NCBI GenBank assembly: GCA_963813075.1 | Contig: CAWEXU010000013.1 | Location: 1-64,000 of the forward strand | Reading direction: 5' to 3' | DNA: 64,000 nucleotides | From: Methanotrichaceae archaeon | GTDB taxonomy: Archaea > Halobacteriota > Methanosarcinia > Methanotrichales > Methanotrichaceae | Shown: positions 14,761 through 25,267 of the stretch, in pieces | Layout of the letters: each line of letters starts with the position of its first letter | Position numbering within the stretch: the stretch's first letter is position 1 | Program-made: the position numbers and the translations under genes | Notes under the pieces: generated by a model | Seen by the model: only the letters and a program-made list of their open reading frames with translations | Databases searched by the model: none | What the model was told of the DNA's origin: nothing

Positions 14761-15022
14761 GGTCACTCCCTGGAGCCTTATCAGGTGCCGGGAAGAAAGA
14801 AGTACTTTCTGACCGGGCGAAGGGACAGTCATTACCCCACCATCCAGCTGCAGCGACCACCTGGACTTTCGGGGGCTGATGAGGATGATCGAGCATATAT
14901 CGCCGGGAGAGATCCTGGTCTACGATCCGGCGCAGCGAGAGGGCGGGCCTTTTGGCCCACCACCTGGAGCAGTGCGGCATGGAGACGAGCTGCCTGATCT
15001 GATCGAGAGGTTTGTCAGGTAA
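14760..15022 (+). pseudogene. C-terminal fragment of MBL-fold/beta-CASP-like hydrolase
   Basis: Across an indel reads KKYFLTGRRDSHYPTIQL-SDHLDFRGLMRMIEHISPGEILVYDP, resembling the SDHADF RNA-metabolising MBL C-terminal motif; no N-terminus present. Confidence 0.4.
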
Positions 15023-15122
15023 AGAGCAGTCCAGAAGGCCTGTCCGGGAGCCTAAATTAGATCACGAAGGCGTCCTTAATTACATTTACATCTTCAGAAA
15101 TGTATCACCAAGTGAGGATCTG

Positions 15123-15449
15123 ATGAGCGACACCATCGAAGTCTCGAGGGATGTCTTCGAGCCGTTAACCGATCTGGTCAAGATCGGCCTCTTTAAAGAT
15201 GAAAAGGAGGCTCTGAAGAATCTAGTCCTGGATCAGGCAAGAGCAAAGATACACCACCTTGATTCCAAGATCCTGGAGATGAAGTCAAAATATAATATGA
15301 GCTTTGAGGATTTCAAACGCCGCATAGAAACGCAAAAGGAAGACGAGGTCTTTGAAGAGTGGGACGACTTCATCATCTGGGATGCCTACGAGTCAGCTAA
15401 AAATTACTGGCTGAAGGTGGTTGGCAAATCATCGAGAAATCAGGGATGA
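15123..15449 (+). CDS. Hypothetical antitoxin-like protein
   Basis: ORF with KYNMSFEDF...EEWDDFIIW motif, seen in small archaeal TA-associated proteins. Confidence 0.5.
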   Translation: MSDTIEVSRDVFEPLTDLVKIGLFKDEKEALKNLVLDQARAKIHHLDSKILEMKSKYNMSFEDFKRRIETQKEDEVFEEWDDFIIWDAYESAKNYWLKVVGKSSRNQG

Positions 15450-15461
15450 AGACTCCGGAGT

Positions 15462-17110
15462 CTAATTGAGCTTGAGCCTCCTGTAACCCAAACCGCGAGG
15501 GCTTTTTATTATCTTACCTAAATTGTTCAATCTCCTCAGCGAATCCTCCACCGTCCAGTCGCCACGAAATTTTTTATCAAAAGATGGATGAAATTCGATG
15601 TCCATGCGAGAAACCCATTCTTTTCCCTGATCTTCTTCGATTTTGCGCATAATCCGAAGGATTTGGTGATCTAAGCGCTCCATTCTCTTATCTTGATTGG
15701 AGACTTCTACATTGGGGACCGTCCATGTTTCCCTATCTGGATTTTGGTCCACTACATCCTTCTTGAATTCGATAAAGTCGTACATAATTTCATCGAATTG
15801 GTGCTATATCGATCAAAAGAATCTTCATCAATCTTTTTCTCAGGTCCAGTCGACAAATCGCAGAAGCTACTTTTAAAGGCGAATAGCAGTCCAAATTCAA
15901 TCCTGCGAAATCCTCATCAGAATAAGTCCTCTCATAGACTTGTTTTACAGTTCTCTCAATTTTTGGGATCATATAATCTTCGATAGGTGGCTTGATGATT
16001 AAAGCGGTGAGAAGGTACTCCAATACATCCAGGATCCAATTCATAAGATCCAGGAATAAATTCTGAATTGTATATGTACGTTGGTATATTTATTGGGGTC
16101 TCCGATGATGGTGGCGGCAATCTCCAGATATGATTATATGATACTCTCAGATATTGCACTTTTTAAACGATTATATTTTACTTTCTGATGCGTTCTTTAT
16201 CCTCTATGAAGCTATATTGATATCGATTACTACCCTTTAGAAATTCAGTTGGCAGCAAATGTTTTATCGTCTTTTTGAGATCCTTAAGGGAGTTCTTTTG
16301 GTTCCAATTCCAGCAAGAGACCAGGTACCTATTCCACCCTTACCATGGATACCATCAGGGCAAGAGAGAAGCTGCAGTGCCAGCGAGAAATCAAGGTGAT
16401 CCTGAGCTGCATTTTTCCACTTCATTGATAATCTATATCGAAAATCGTCAGCATTTAAATAGGGTTTTTGTATATCATGCTATCTCATTGATATCGTGTC
16501 TTATTACACCTACTACTTTATACCAATCTCTTAAAATCGCAAAAGCAGGAATCGCCCATGCGTCCTTTAAGTTGCCTAATGGGCTCCTTCGACCTCAAGT
16601 GTAACTAGATCATTCTCTGCAGGGCGCAGATCTAGATGGAACTGCATATTTTGCATGATCATCAAAAGGAGTAGCTCCTATAGGGTGATTTAAGAATGAA
16701 TAGGAATTCGAGCTCCCTGCTGATAATGAACCCAGCCAGTATGTTTCATTTTGAGCAATCTGCCTTTCAATGGCTGCAAATCCAAAATAGAGGCTTTTTA
16801 ATGATTTTACTGCCATTGATCACTCCTGAAAATGTAGTTATTATGGTAGATAGAACTCTAATGCAGCCTGAAGAGAAGAGACTTATTGGATGAGACAGTT
16901 CTAAAAATTATTTCAACAGCTGCCCTATTCAACTCTTTGATCTGATTCTCGAAATCTGATTGAGGACATTCTCTTCGAAATACTTTCGCTCCTTAAATAT
17001 TTCGCAGTCGCTGCTATATGGGCAATCCTTCTCAAAGCATATAGCTATATCAATGTCTCTCCCAAATCTTCGCATCTCATACTATGTGGGGTTGCACTGT
17101 CAGCCATAAA
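15462..17110 (-). pseudogene. AT-rich fragmented hypothetical gene(s)
   Basis: Chain of short minus-strand ORFs (15462-15785, 15790-16044, 15956-16159, 16610-16816) in visibly AT-rich DNA. Confidence 0.35.
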
Positions 17111-17340
17111 GATTTCGCATCCTGATACTCTCTTTGTGGAGGTCCCGAATTCAGGACTTTATAATGAGAATTATCAGACCAAAAGATTCAAGATCAAAAA
17201 CTAAAAAAATAATTTAAGATGGTAATAGTGAATGTCCAAATAGCAGATGATATAAGCCACTCATCCACCGCCTACGCAGAAAGATCTGCTCATATTCCTT
17301 CCTCCGATATCCTTTAATTCCCGCCGGCGTTCAATCTATC

Positions 17341-17994
17341 ATGAATCCCGAGAGCTTTCCCTGTCAGCTCATAAGCTGGAATGAGTCCTATGAGCTGGGC
17401 CGAAGGCTGGCCTATGAGATCAAGCATTCCGGATTTCATCCCGATCTGATCGTGGCCATCGGCAGGGGTGGGTACGTCCCGGCGAGGGTGGTCTCGGACT
17501 TCCTCCTCTTCTGCCTTCTGGCCAGCATCAAGATAGAGCACTGGGTTACCGCCGCCTGCAAGAAGCCGCGGGCCACGGTGCGCTTCCCGCTGGCGGTTGA
17601 TGTTCATGGCCAGAAGGTGCTGATAATCGATGACGTCACAGACACCGGTGAGACCCTCAGGACGGCTGTGGACTACGTGAGAGGGCTGGGAGCGGCGGAG
17701 ATCAGGACCGGAGTCCTGCAGCACAAGACCGTTTCCCCCTTTGTGCCGGACTACTATGGGGAAGTGGTGACTGAATGGAGGTGGATAATCTATCCCTGGG
17801 CGGCTCATGAGGACCTGGTGGACCTTACGCAAAGAGTGCTCTTGAAGGAGGCTCAGAGCAAGAGAGAGATCGGGGAGCGGCTGAAGGAGCGATATGGTCT
17901 GGTCCTGGAGGAGAGCACTCTTTTGGAGGTGGTGGAGGAACTGATCCAGATGGGAAAGGCAGAGATCCGGGATGAGAGGTATAGGAAGATCTGA
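17341..17994 (+). CDS. Type I phosphoribosyltransferase
   Basis: PRPP-binding motif VLIIDDVTDTGETL; AIGRGGYVPAR; WIIYPW. Confidence 0.9.
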   Translation: MNPESFPCQLISWNESYELGRRLAYEIKHSGFHPDLIVAIGRGGYVPARVVSDFLLFCLLASIKIEHWVTAACKKPRATVRFPLAVDVHGQKVLIIDDVTDTGETLRTAVDYVRGLGAAEIRTGVLQHKTVSPFVPDYYGEVVTEWRWIIYPWAAHEDLVDLTQRVLLKEAQSKREIGERLKERYGLVLEESTLLEVVEELIQMGKAEIRDERYRKI

Positions 17995-18454
17995 AGGCAG
18001 ATCACGGCCTGCCCAGGTTCTTGGATGAAGGAATCACGAGAAAAGCGAAAAGAAGTCCTTCAAAAGAGAGGATCCGTCTCTGTATTTTAAATCAGATCGA
18101 AGCGACACTATGGAAGCGGTCTCTTCTATTTGCAAGCGCCAGCAAAGCCCATGTATCCGCGAAGATGGCGTTATTCATAGGCATATTTGTCGTGTCTTTC
18201 GGCAAGATCAGCCGGTCCCTCGCAGATACCAATGACTGTTGACAGGAGGTCTCCTTTAGCTTTCGATCCCTTTTTGCTCTTTTCATCCATTTGATCAAGG
18301 AAATCTGCCACTAGACGTCAAGCTTTCTTCGAAGAGCATCCTGATTTTGTCAATGATTTGATCTCGGCTAGCCATTTGACCACTTCGAATTGCAGTAGCT
18401 GACCTATTTCTGCGAGGGATTATAAAAATTTGTTCATCACCTTCGGATCTCTCT

Positions 18455-18742
18455 TCATAGTATCGGCACCTGCTCAGCAAGGATCCGATCTCTAAGCAGG
18501 GGATGAATCGATCTGTATGTGAGAAGGTCCACCGGTCTTTCCAGAGCATCCTCTAAATCAAGCTTAAGGCCGGCGAGATCAAGCAGGCTCTTGTGGCCTT
18601 CAAACTCCACCAGGATGTCTATGTCGCTCTCATCGGTCAATTCACCTCTGACGATGGATCCAAAGAAGGCAGCGCGAATGATACCTTTCTGCTGCAAAAT
18701 CTCTCTTACCTTCTCCCTGGCAATTCTCATCTGCTCGTTCAT
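18455..18742 (-). CDS. Minimal nucleotidyltransferase (MNT antitoxin family)
   Basis: FGSIVRGE..ESDIDILVEF motif, ~95 aa. Confidence 0.85.
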   Translation of the reverse strand: MNEQMRIAREKVREILQQKGIIRAAFFGSIVRGELTDESDIDILVEFEGHKSLLDLAGLKLDLEDALERPVDLLTYRSIHPLLRDRILAEQVPIL

Positions 18743-18847
18743 AGCTCTCCTTTTTTGGATTTGTAATTGGTGCTGCAAATTCTATACGGCCTTCTATCAA
18801 GAAAAATTTATCGGATAAGGGACTGGGCAGCATCAAAATTATATTTA

Positions 18848-20120
18848 TTAAATATATCTTATAATCAGTGGCAGCATCAATACTCCCATGGCATGGGTCC
18901 GATGAATGCCGGCCAGGGGGGCGATCAGCCCCACGATGGTTGAGAGGAAGAAGATGAACAGGCCGAATAGGCCGGTGAAGGCATAGGTCATGGCCAGCAG
19001 GAAGGCGAGCACCATAATGCAAAGCCTGGGGTAGTTCAGGCTGGATATGCTCCGGGCGGCGATATTTGCTGTTCCCACAGTGGCCAGATATGATGCCAGG
19101 ACCACAACCACCGCCATGATCATCATCTGGGCCATGATGTTCTGGTCCAGGGTGAGAAGCTGCTGGATGGCCGCCGCCGCCCCGCTCCTGGGCCGGTCGA
19201 TCACATAGAGGGCGACCAGGGAGAACAGGGCATTGGCCGAGTTCACCCCGGCGATGGACACCAGAAACTCCTCCGCTGTTCCGGGTGACCCCAGTCGGGC
19301 GGCGATGGAGGCCACAGAGGGCGAGATCCCCGGGAATCCAGGCCACCAGCGATCCTCCCAGGCCGCCGGATAAGACCGCCTTGATCAGTGAGGGGCCGGG
19401 CACCTTGATCCTGCTCTCCGTCTGCCTGGGAATCTGCACCTTTGCCGAGAGGCTCAGGATCAGAGATGAGGCTCCGAAGATCCCGGAGAGGAGGGGGAGG
19501 AGAACCTGGGGCTCGAGATTCAGAGGAGAGGAGAGAAGTCCCTCATGCTCGAAGGCGAATATGCCCAATAGGCCGCTGGTCAGAAAGAGCATTCCTGCGA
19601 TCAACCTGTACTTCCAGTGAACCAGACTGCCCTGGCCCTCGATCCACGGCCCCCTCTCGGACTTGATCATCATCAGGGCGATGGCCAGCAGGATGATGCC
19701 CACATACTTGACCAGATAATCGTAGTAGCCGGAGACGATCCAGGACAGGGGATATACCAGGAGGAGGGCGAAGGCGATCGAGCCCGCGCTTCCCAGGGCG
19801 GAGAGGCGCACCGCCTCAATCCCCCGGCCCTCCATCATCAATCTCTGGCCGGGCAGGACGGAGAGAGCAGTCTCCGAGTCCGGAGCGCCAAGGAAGATCG
19901 CGGGAATGGCATCGAAGAACGTCTGGGAGATGCTGGCGGAAAGGATAATCGAAGCCATCTGAAAGGGGGTCAGTCCGAGGAGGATGAGCTGGGGGGAGAT
20001 GGCCAGGAGCATGGAGGCGAAGTTGTTCAGGTGCAGGCCAGGGGTCAGGCCGCTCAGAATCCCCAGGGCAAATCCTAAAGCTACACAGAACGCAAGGGTG
20101 GTGTCGATGAATTCGAGCAT
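18848..20120 (-). CDS. Tripartite tricarboxylate transporter TctA-family (DUF112) membrane protein, frameshift near 19320
   Basis: GLTPGLHLN, IPAIFLGAPD..ALSVLPG motifs; C-terminal half in ORF 18848-19315. Confidence 0.8.
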
Positions 20121-20291
20121 TAACTTCGCCCAGACTAACTTAGTCTTAATTTATAAGAAGTCTTCGACGGAGCATGCGGGAATATTAATATCACTAGCAA
20201 TAATATCACCAGCTAATATCACCAGTCTAATATTACCCGCTAATCTAAATCTCTGCCACCGGCCACTATCCTGTGGCCGTATATCCTCTGG

Positions 20292-20305
20292 CAAACCCTT
20301 AAATA
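20292..20305 (+). promoter_or_regulatory. Putative BRE/TATA promoter of the rpl18e operon
   Basis: CAAACCCTTAAATA about 125 nt upstream of rpl18e. Confidence 0.5.
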
Positions 20306-20428
20306 CTGGTGCATAGTCGAGCTACATATTCCGCACAGGGATTATTATGCCCTGGGCGCATGAACCAGATGGTTCGAACGCGCACAAAACGCGTGAGTCG
20401 GCCTATTTCGGCCATGCGGAGGATTCAA

Positions 20429-20788
20429 ATGACGTTTGAGAAAACAAACCCAAGGATAGTCCGCCTTATCGGCGAATTGAAGGCAGCCTCCCGCGAGACG
20501 GGCGCTCCCCTCTGGCGTGACATCGCCCGGAGATTGGAGAAGCCCAGCCGCAACTACGCTGCTGTGAACCTCAGCAAGATCAACAGGCATACCCAGTCAA
20601 ATGATACTGTTCTCGTGGCCGGAAAGGTCCTGGCCTCAGGCGATCTGGAGCACAATGTGACCGTGGCCGCTCTTAACTTCAGCAGCCAGGCCATGTCCAA
20701 GATTCAGCAGGCCGGCGGGAAATGCATGCTGATTGAAAAGCTGGTTGAAGAGCACCCCAAGGGATCGGGCATAAAGATTTTGAGGTGA
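20429..20788 (+). CDS. rpl18e: 50S ribosomal protein L18e
   Basis: [10 protein letters not shown]...[11 protein letters not shown]...VNLSKINR...GKVLASG; GGAGG Shine-Dalgarno before ATG 20429. Confidence 0.95.
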   Translation: MTFEKTNPRIVRLIGELKAASRETGAPLWRDIARRLEKPSRNYAAVNLSKINRHTQSNDTVLVAGKVLASGDLEHNVTVAALNFSSQAMSKIQQAGGKCMLIEKLVEEHPKGSGIKILR

Positions 20789-20793
20789 GAGCG

Positions 20794-21213
20794 ATGATAG
20801 TAGTAGATGCAACTGGATTGGTCCTGGGGCGCTTAGCAAGTGTCACCGCCAAGACTCTCCTGGCAGGAGAAGAGGTTAATATCGTCAATGCCGAGAAAGC
20901 TCTCATCACCGGGGACAAAGAGCACATCTTCACGGATTACGGCCAGACCAGGGCGCGTGGCGGCAAAGAGAGAGGCCCCTACTTCCCTCGCCGGCCGGAG
21001 ATGATCCTGAAGAGGACGGTGCGGGGCATGCTTCCCCACAAGATGAGGCGGGGAAGAGATGCATTCTCCAGGCTCAAGATCTATGTGGGCATTCCCAGAG
21101 AGTTCAAGGGAATGGAGTTATCCCAGCCTGATGCTGCTAAGATGAGGACGGAGAGCAACAACAAGTACATCGAGCTTGGCGCCTTGAGCAAGAGGCTCGG
21201 AGCAAACTTCTGA
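20794..21213 (+). CDS. rpl13: 50S ribosomal protein L13
   Basis: [14 protein letters not shown]...[10 protein letters not shown]. Confidence 0.95.
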   Translation: MIVVDATGLVLGRLASVTAKTLLAGEEVNIVNAEKALITGDKEHIFTDYGQTRARGGKERGPYFPRRPEMILKRTVRGMLPHKMRRGRDAFSRLKIYVGIPREFKGMELSQPDAAKMRTESNNKYIELGALSKRLGANF

Positions 21214-21223
21214 GAGGTTCAAA

Positions 21224-21623
21224 ATGAAGATTATCAATACCTCGGGCAAGAAAAAGACGGCAACTGCAAGGGCCACTCTGAAGGAAGGAAAGGGCATCGT
21301 GCGCATCAACAAGGTGCCTCTTGGATATCCACGAGCCCAGGCTTGCCAGACTCAAGATTCAGGAACCGGTCCAGATCGCCGGAGACCTGTTAAAAGGAAT
21401 GAACATCGATGTCGTCGTCAGCGGCGGCGGGATCATGGGCCAGACAGACGCCGTTCGCACTGCAATTGCCAAGGGCATTGTGGAGTGGACGGGCGATACG
21501 GCACTGAAAGAGGCCTATTCCGATTACGACCGAAATCTTCTCGTCAGCGATCACCGCCATAAAGAGAAGAAAAAGTTCGGCGGCCCTGGTGCCAGGTCCA
21601 AGTACCAGAAGTCCTACAGGTGA
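21224..21623 (+). CDS. rps9: 30S ribosomal protein S9 (1-bp frameshift near 21320)
   Basis: [11 protein letters not shown] at start; [16 protein letters not shown]...[17 protein letters not shown] at end. Confidence 0.95.
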
Positions 21624-21629
21624 AATTGC

Positions 21630-21815
21630 TTGATACCAGTCAGGTGTTTTTCCTGCGGCAAAGTGATCTCCCATGTATGGGAGGAATACCGGGAGCGCAT
21701 CAAGACCGAGCCTCCCGGCAAAGTCATGGATGACCTGGGAATAGACAAATACTGCTGCAGGCGCATGCTTCTTTCTCATGTAGAGATAGTGGACACGCTG
21801 AGGCGGTACCAGTAG
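21630..21815 (+). CDS. rpoN: RNA polymerase subunit N (Rpo10)
   Basis: IPVRCFSCGK...YCCRRMLLSH. Confidence 0.95.
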   Translation: MIPVRCFSCGKVISHVWEEYRERIKTEPPGKVMDDLGIDKYCCRRMLLSHVEIVDTLRRYQ

Positions 21816-21818
21816 AAG

Positions 21819-21893
21819 GGGGTTGTAGGGTAGCCTGGTCCATCCTACAGCGTTCGGGACGCTGTGACCTGAGTTCGAATCTCAGCAACCCCA
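21819..21893 (+). tRNA. tRNA-Pro (CGG)
   Basis: GGGGTTG/CAACCCC acceptor stem, CAGCG-TTCGGGA-CGCTG anticodon arm, GTTCGAATC T-loop. Confidence 0.95.
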
Positions 21894-21920
21894 TCATACT
21901 CTTCCTTTTGAGGTGGCTAT

Positions 21921-22100
21921 TTGAAGGGCGAGAAATATACCAGATATGAACGTGCGCGCATCGTAGGAGCACGAGCTTTGCAAGTTTTCATGGGCGCTCC
22001 AGTGTTGATCGATACTAAATATACCGACCCTCTAGAAATAGCGCTTGAAGAGATGAGACTGGGCGTAATTCCCATTACCGTAAAACGCAATCGCTATTAA
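21921..22100 (+). CDS. rpoK: RNA polymerase subunit K (Rpo6)
   Basis: Manual translation from [29 protein letters not shown]...IPITVKR; below ORF-track cutoff. Confidence 0.9.
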   Translation: MKGEKYTRYERARIVGARALQVFMGAPVLIDTKYTDPLEIALEEMRLGVIPITVKRNRY

Positions 22101-22115
22101 GGTAGGTGAATTTAG

Positions 22116-22736
22116 TTGGAAGAAGATGAGGTGATGACGGTATCGGGAGAATATGAGACTCTCATACCAATAGATGAGTACCTCGCCGCGGGCGTACACA
22201 TCGGTACTCAGCAGAAGACCAATGACATGATGCCTTACATTTATCGGGTAAGGTCTGACGGATTATATGTCCTGGATGTTCAATCCACAGACAAGCGCAT
22301 CCGCATGGCTGCCAATTTCCTGTCCAAATACGATCCGGCAAACGTGCTGGTTGTATCCGCCAGACAGTACGGCCAAAGGCCCGCTCAGATGTTCGCCAAG
22401 GCCACGGGAGCAACAGCGAATGTGGGCCGGTTCGTGCCCAATACCCTGACCAATCCGGCCTTCAGGGGATTCATCGAGCCGGATGTGCTCATTGCCACCG
22501 ACCCCAGCGGAGACGCTCAGGCGGTAAATGAGGCAGTGGATGTAGGCATACCGGTGATCGCCCTGTGCGACACTAATAATATGACCTCCAATGTTGACCT
22601 GGTGATACCCACCAACAACAAGGGCAGAAAGGCTCTTACGCTCATTTACTGGCTCCTTGCTCGCCAGTTGCTGCGTGATAGGGGTGAAGAGGACCGGTTC
22701 AAGTACACTATCTCTGACTTCGAGATGGAGTTCTGA
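22116..22736 (+). CDS. rps2: 30S ribosomal protein S2
   Basis: [14 protein letters not shown]...[11 protein letters not shown]. Confidence 0.95.
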   Translation: MEEDEVMTVSGEYETLIPIDEYLAAGVHIGTQQKTNDMMPYIYRVRSDGLYVLDVQSTDKRIRMAANFLSKYDPANVLVVSARQYGQRPAQMFAKATGATANVGRFVPNTLTNPAFRGFIEPDVLIATDPSGDAQAVNEAVDVGIPVIALCDTNNMTSNVDLVIPTNNKGRKALTLIYWLLARQLLRDRGEEDRFKYTISDFEMEF

Positions 22737-22742
22737 AATCCC

Positions 22743-23531
22743 ATGCGGCCTCCAGCTGTTGCCGGCCAGTTCTACCCGGGCGGCTCAGCGGAGCTTAGCC
22801 GCCAGCTGGATGAATTGATGCCTCCTGCAGAGGTGTTGCCAATAGTGGGCGGCGTAGTCCCTCATGCCGGATATGTCTACTCCGGAGGGATTGCTGCAAC
22901 TGTCCACTCCCGCCTGCCAAAGAGAGAGACCTATGTGATCCTGGGGCCCAACCATCAGGGCATAGGCTCTCCGGTAGCACTATCTCGGGATTCATGGAGA
23001 ACTCCCTTAGGGGTGGTCACTCCAGACCTCGAATTGGCCGATCTTCTGGCAGGGAGCATCATCGACCAGGACGAGACCGCTCATCAGCATGAGCACTCCA
23101 TTGAGGTGCAGCTCCCTTTTCTTCAGAGGCGGTTTGGAGATTTCAAGTTCCTTGCCATCTCCATGGCAATGCAGGATGAAAAGACGGCAGTGGAGGTGGG
23201 CGAGGAGATCGCCCGGGCGGCTTTGAAGCTCAAGCGGGATTGCACAGTGATTGCAAGCAGCGATTTTACCCACTATGAGCCGAGGGATGTGGCAAGAAAA
23301 GTGGATTCACAGATAATCGAGGCCATATTGAATTTGGATATCCCCCAGATTTACTCCCGGGTCTATCGCTACAATGCTTCCTCCTGCGGCATTGGACCGA
23401 TAGCGGCAACAATTGCTGCTTCCCGGCTGCTGGGTGCTGCCAGCGGCAAGCTGCTACGCTATGGCAATAGCGGGGACGTAAGCGGCGACTATAGCCAGGT
23501 AGTAGGATACGGGGCGATTGTCTTCACCTGA
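22743..23531 (+). CDS. MEMO1 family protein (AmmeMemoRadiSam B)
   Basis: RPPAVAGQFYP, PHAGYVYSG, EHSIEVQLPFL, SSDFTHY. Confidence 0.9.
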   Translation: MRPPAVAGQFYPGGSAELSRQLDELMPPAEVLPIVGGVVPHAGYVYSGGIAATVHSRLPKRETYVILGPNHQGIGSPVALSRDSWRTPLGVVTPDLELADLLAGSIIDQDETAHQHEHSIEVQLPFLQRRFGDFKFLAISMAMQDEKTAVEVGEEIARAALKLKRDCTVIASSDFTHYEPRDVARKVDSQIIEAILNLDIPQIYSRVYRYNASSCGIGPIAATIAASRLLGAASGKLLRYGNSGDVSGDYSQVVGYGAIVFT

Positions 23532-23543
23532 AGAGGGCCTCTT

Positions 23544-24497
23544 ATGACGATGGCATCGGCTCCCGGCAAGATCATCCTCTTCGGAGAGCATGCCGTTGTC
23601 TCCGGCACTGCTGCATTGGGGGGAGCGATAGATCTGCGAGCCAGGGCGATTGTGCAGAGCCTGCCGGGAAGGGTCTTGATAGAGACTGACGACCTTTCAC
23701 TGCGAGGCTTCTCTCTTGATTTCGCTACCGGTGAGATCAGGTCAGCCAGTGCGGCATATGCTACCCGATATGTATCTGCTGTTTTGAAGGAGCTTGATGC
23801 AAGGGATGTCAGGGTGAAGATCGAATCGGATATCCCGCCGGCAGCAGGCCTGGGGTCATCGGCGTCCATAGTGGTTGCCACGGTGGCTGCTCTGAATGAT
23901 CACCTGGGCCTGGGCATGTCGCAAAAAGAGATTGCCCTCGTCTCCTACCGCATAGAGAAGGGGGTTCAAAAGGGGCGGGGCAGCCCCATGGATACTGCTT
24001 TAGCCACATACGGCGGCTACCAGAGAATTGCAGATGGCAATCTGCCCCTCGATCTTCCCCCTTTACAGATGGTGGTGGGATATACCGGACTGCCTCATGA
24101 TACCTTTTCCCTGGTGGAGAAGGTCCAGCTCTTAAAAGAGCGCTATCCGGACCTGATCGAGCCCATATTCCAGGCTATAGGAGCCATATCCGAGAGGGCG
24201 GTCCCTATAATCCGAGAGCAGAGACTTCGAGATCTGGGCGAGCTGATGGACATCAACCACGGCCTCCTGGAGGCTCTGGGAGTAGGCTCTAGAGAGCTGT
24301 GCGAGCTGGTCTATGCTTCGAGGAATGCCGGAGGGGCCTTGGGGGCCAAGCTGACTGGTGCGGGAGGGGGAGGCTGTATGATCGCTCTGCCCGGACTGAA
24401 GGGAAAGGAGGCTCTATTGGTGGCTTTAAGGCAGGCCAGAGGAACGGCATTTGCAGTTATGATGGGCTGTGAGGGCGTCCGGCTGGAGGTTGCGTGA
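23544..24497 (+). CDS. mvk: Mevalonate kinase
   Basis: APGKIILFGEHAVV, PPAAGLGSSA, KLTGAGGGG. Confidence 0.95.
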   Translation: MTMASAPGKIILFGEHAVVSGTAALGGAIDLRARAIVQSLPGRVLIETDDLSLRGFSLDFATGEIRSASAAYATRYVSAVLKELDARDVRVKIESDIPPAAGLGSSASIVVATVAALNDHLGLGMSQKEIALVSYRIEKGVQKGRGSPMDTALATYGGYQRIADGNLPLDLPPLQMVVGYTGLPHDTFSLVEKVQLLKERYPDLIEPIFQAIGAISERAVPIIREQRLRDLGELMDINHGLLEALGVGSRELCELVYASRNAGGALGAKLTGAGGGGCMIALPGLKGKEALLVALRQARGTAFAVMMGCEGVRLEVA

Positions 24498-24513
24498 GCC
24501 GGGAGGGCGAGCA

Positions 24514-25267
24514 ATGGTTCGGGTCTTGAAGATCGGGGGAAGTATTCTGACCGACAAGATCGGCGAGAAGGGAGCCCTGCCCGAAGAGATCGAACGGGTG
24601 GCCAGGGAGGTCGCCTCCAGGCCCAGGGATCTGGTGCTGGTGCACGGTGCTGGGTCCTTTGGACATATTCCTGCCAGACAAGTACGGCCTGCCGCAAAGA
24701 TTCAGCCCGGAGGGACTGAGGGTGACCCATGAGTCGGTGGTCAGACTCAACCGCCTGGTGCTCGAAGCCCTGGCGGAAGCGGGAGTCGAGTCCCTGCCCG
24801 TCCATCCCCTGTCCTGTCTGACCCTCTCCGGGGGGAGAATCGAGAGCTTTGCCACTGAGCCGATGATAACGATGCTGGAAGACGGCATTATGCCCCTCTT
24901 GCATGGTGATGTGGCCATGGACCTGACAATGAGGTCGGGGATAGTGTCCGGTGACCAGTTGGTAAGCTACCTGGCCCGGGCACTGCGGGCAGAGGTGGTG
25001 GCGGTGGGCTGCAATGTGGATGGGGTACTATTCTCCGGCCAGCCTATGGCAGAGGTCAAGAGATCAGATCTTCCTCTGATCGAGAGTGCTATCGGAGGGA
25101 GTGCCGGAGTGGATGTTACCGGCGGGATGAAGGGAAAGCTGGATGAACTGCTGGACCTGGCGGATATGGGCGTAAGCTCAGTGATATTCAACGCCTCCAA
25201 AGAGGGGAATATCGTCCGGGCTCTCGGGGGCGAGGCCATAGGGACGAAGGTCTGGAGGCCGGATTGA
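24514..25267 (+). CDS. ipk: Isopentenyl phosphate kinase (frameshift near 24680)
   Basis: LKIGGSILTDK, VHGAGSFGH, SGDQL, DVTGGMKGKL. Confidence 0.9.

Noticed and set aside
20329..20421. tRNA upstream of rpl18e
   Set aside because: GGTTCGAA is misplaced and there is no valid anticodon or T-arm geometry; treated as a leader instead
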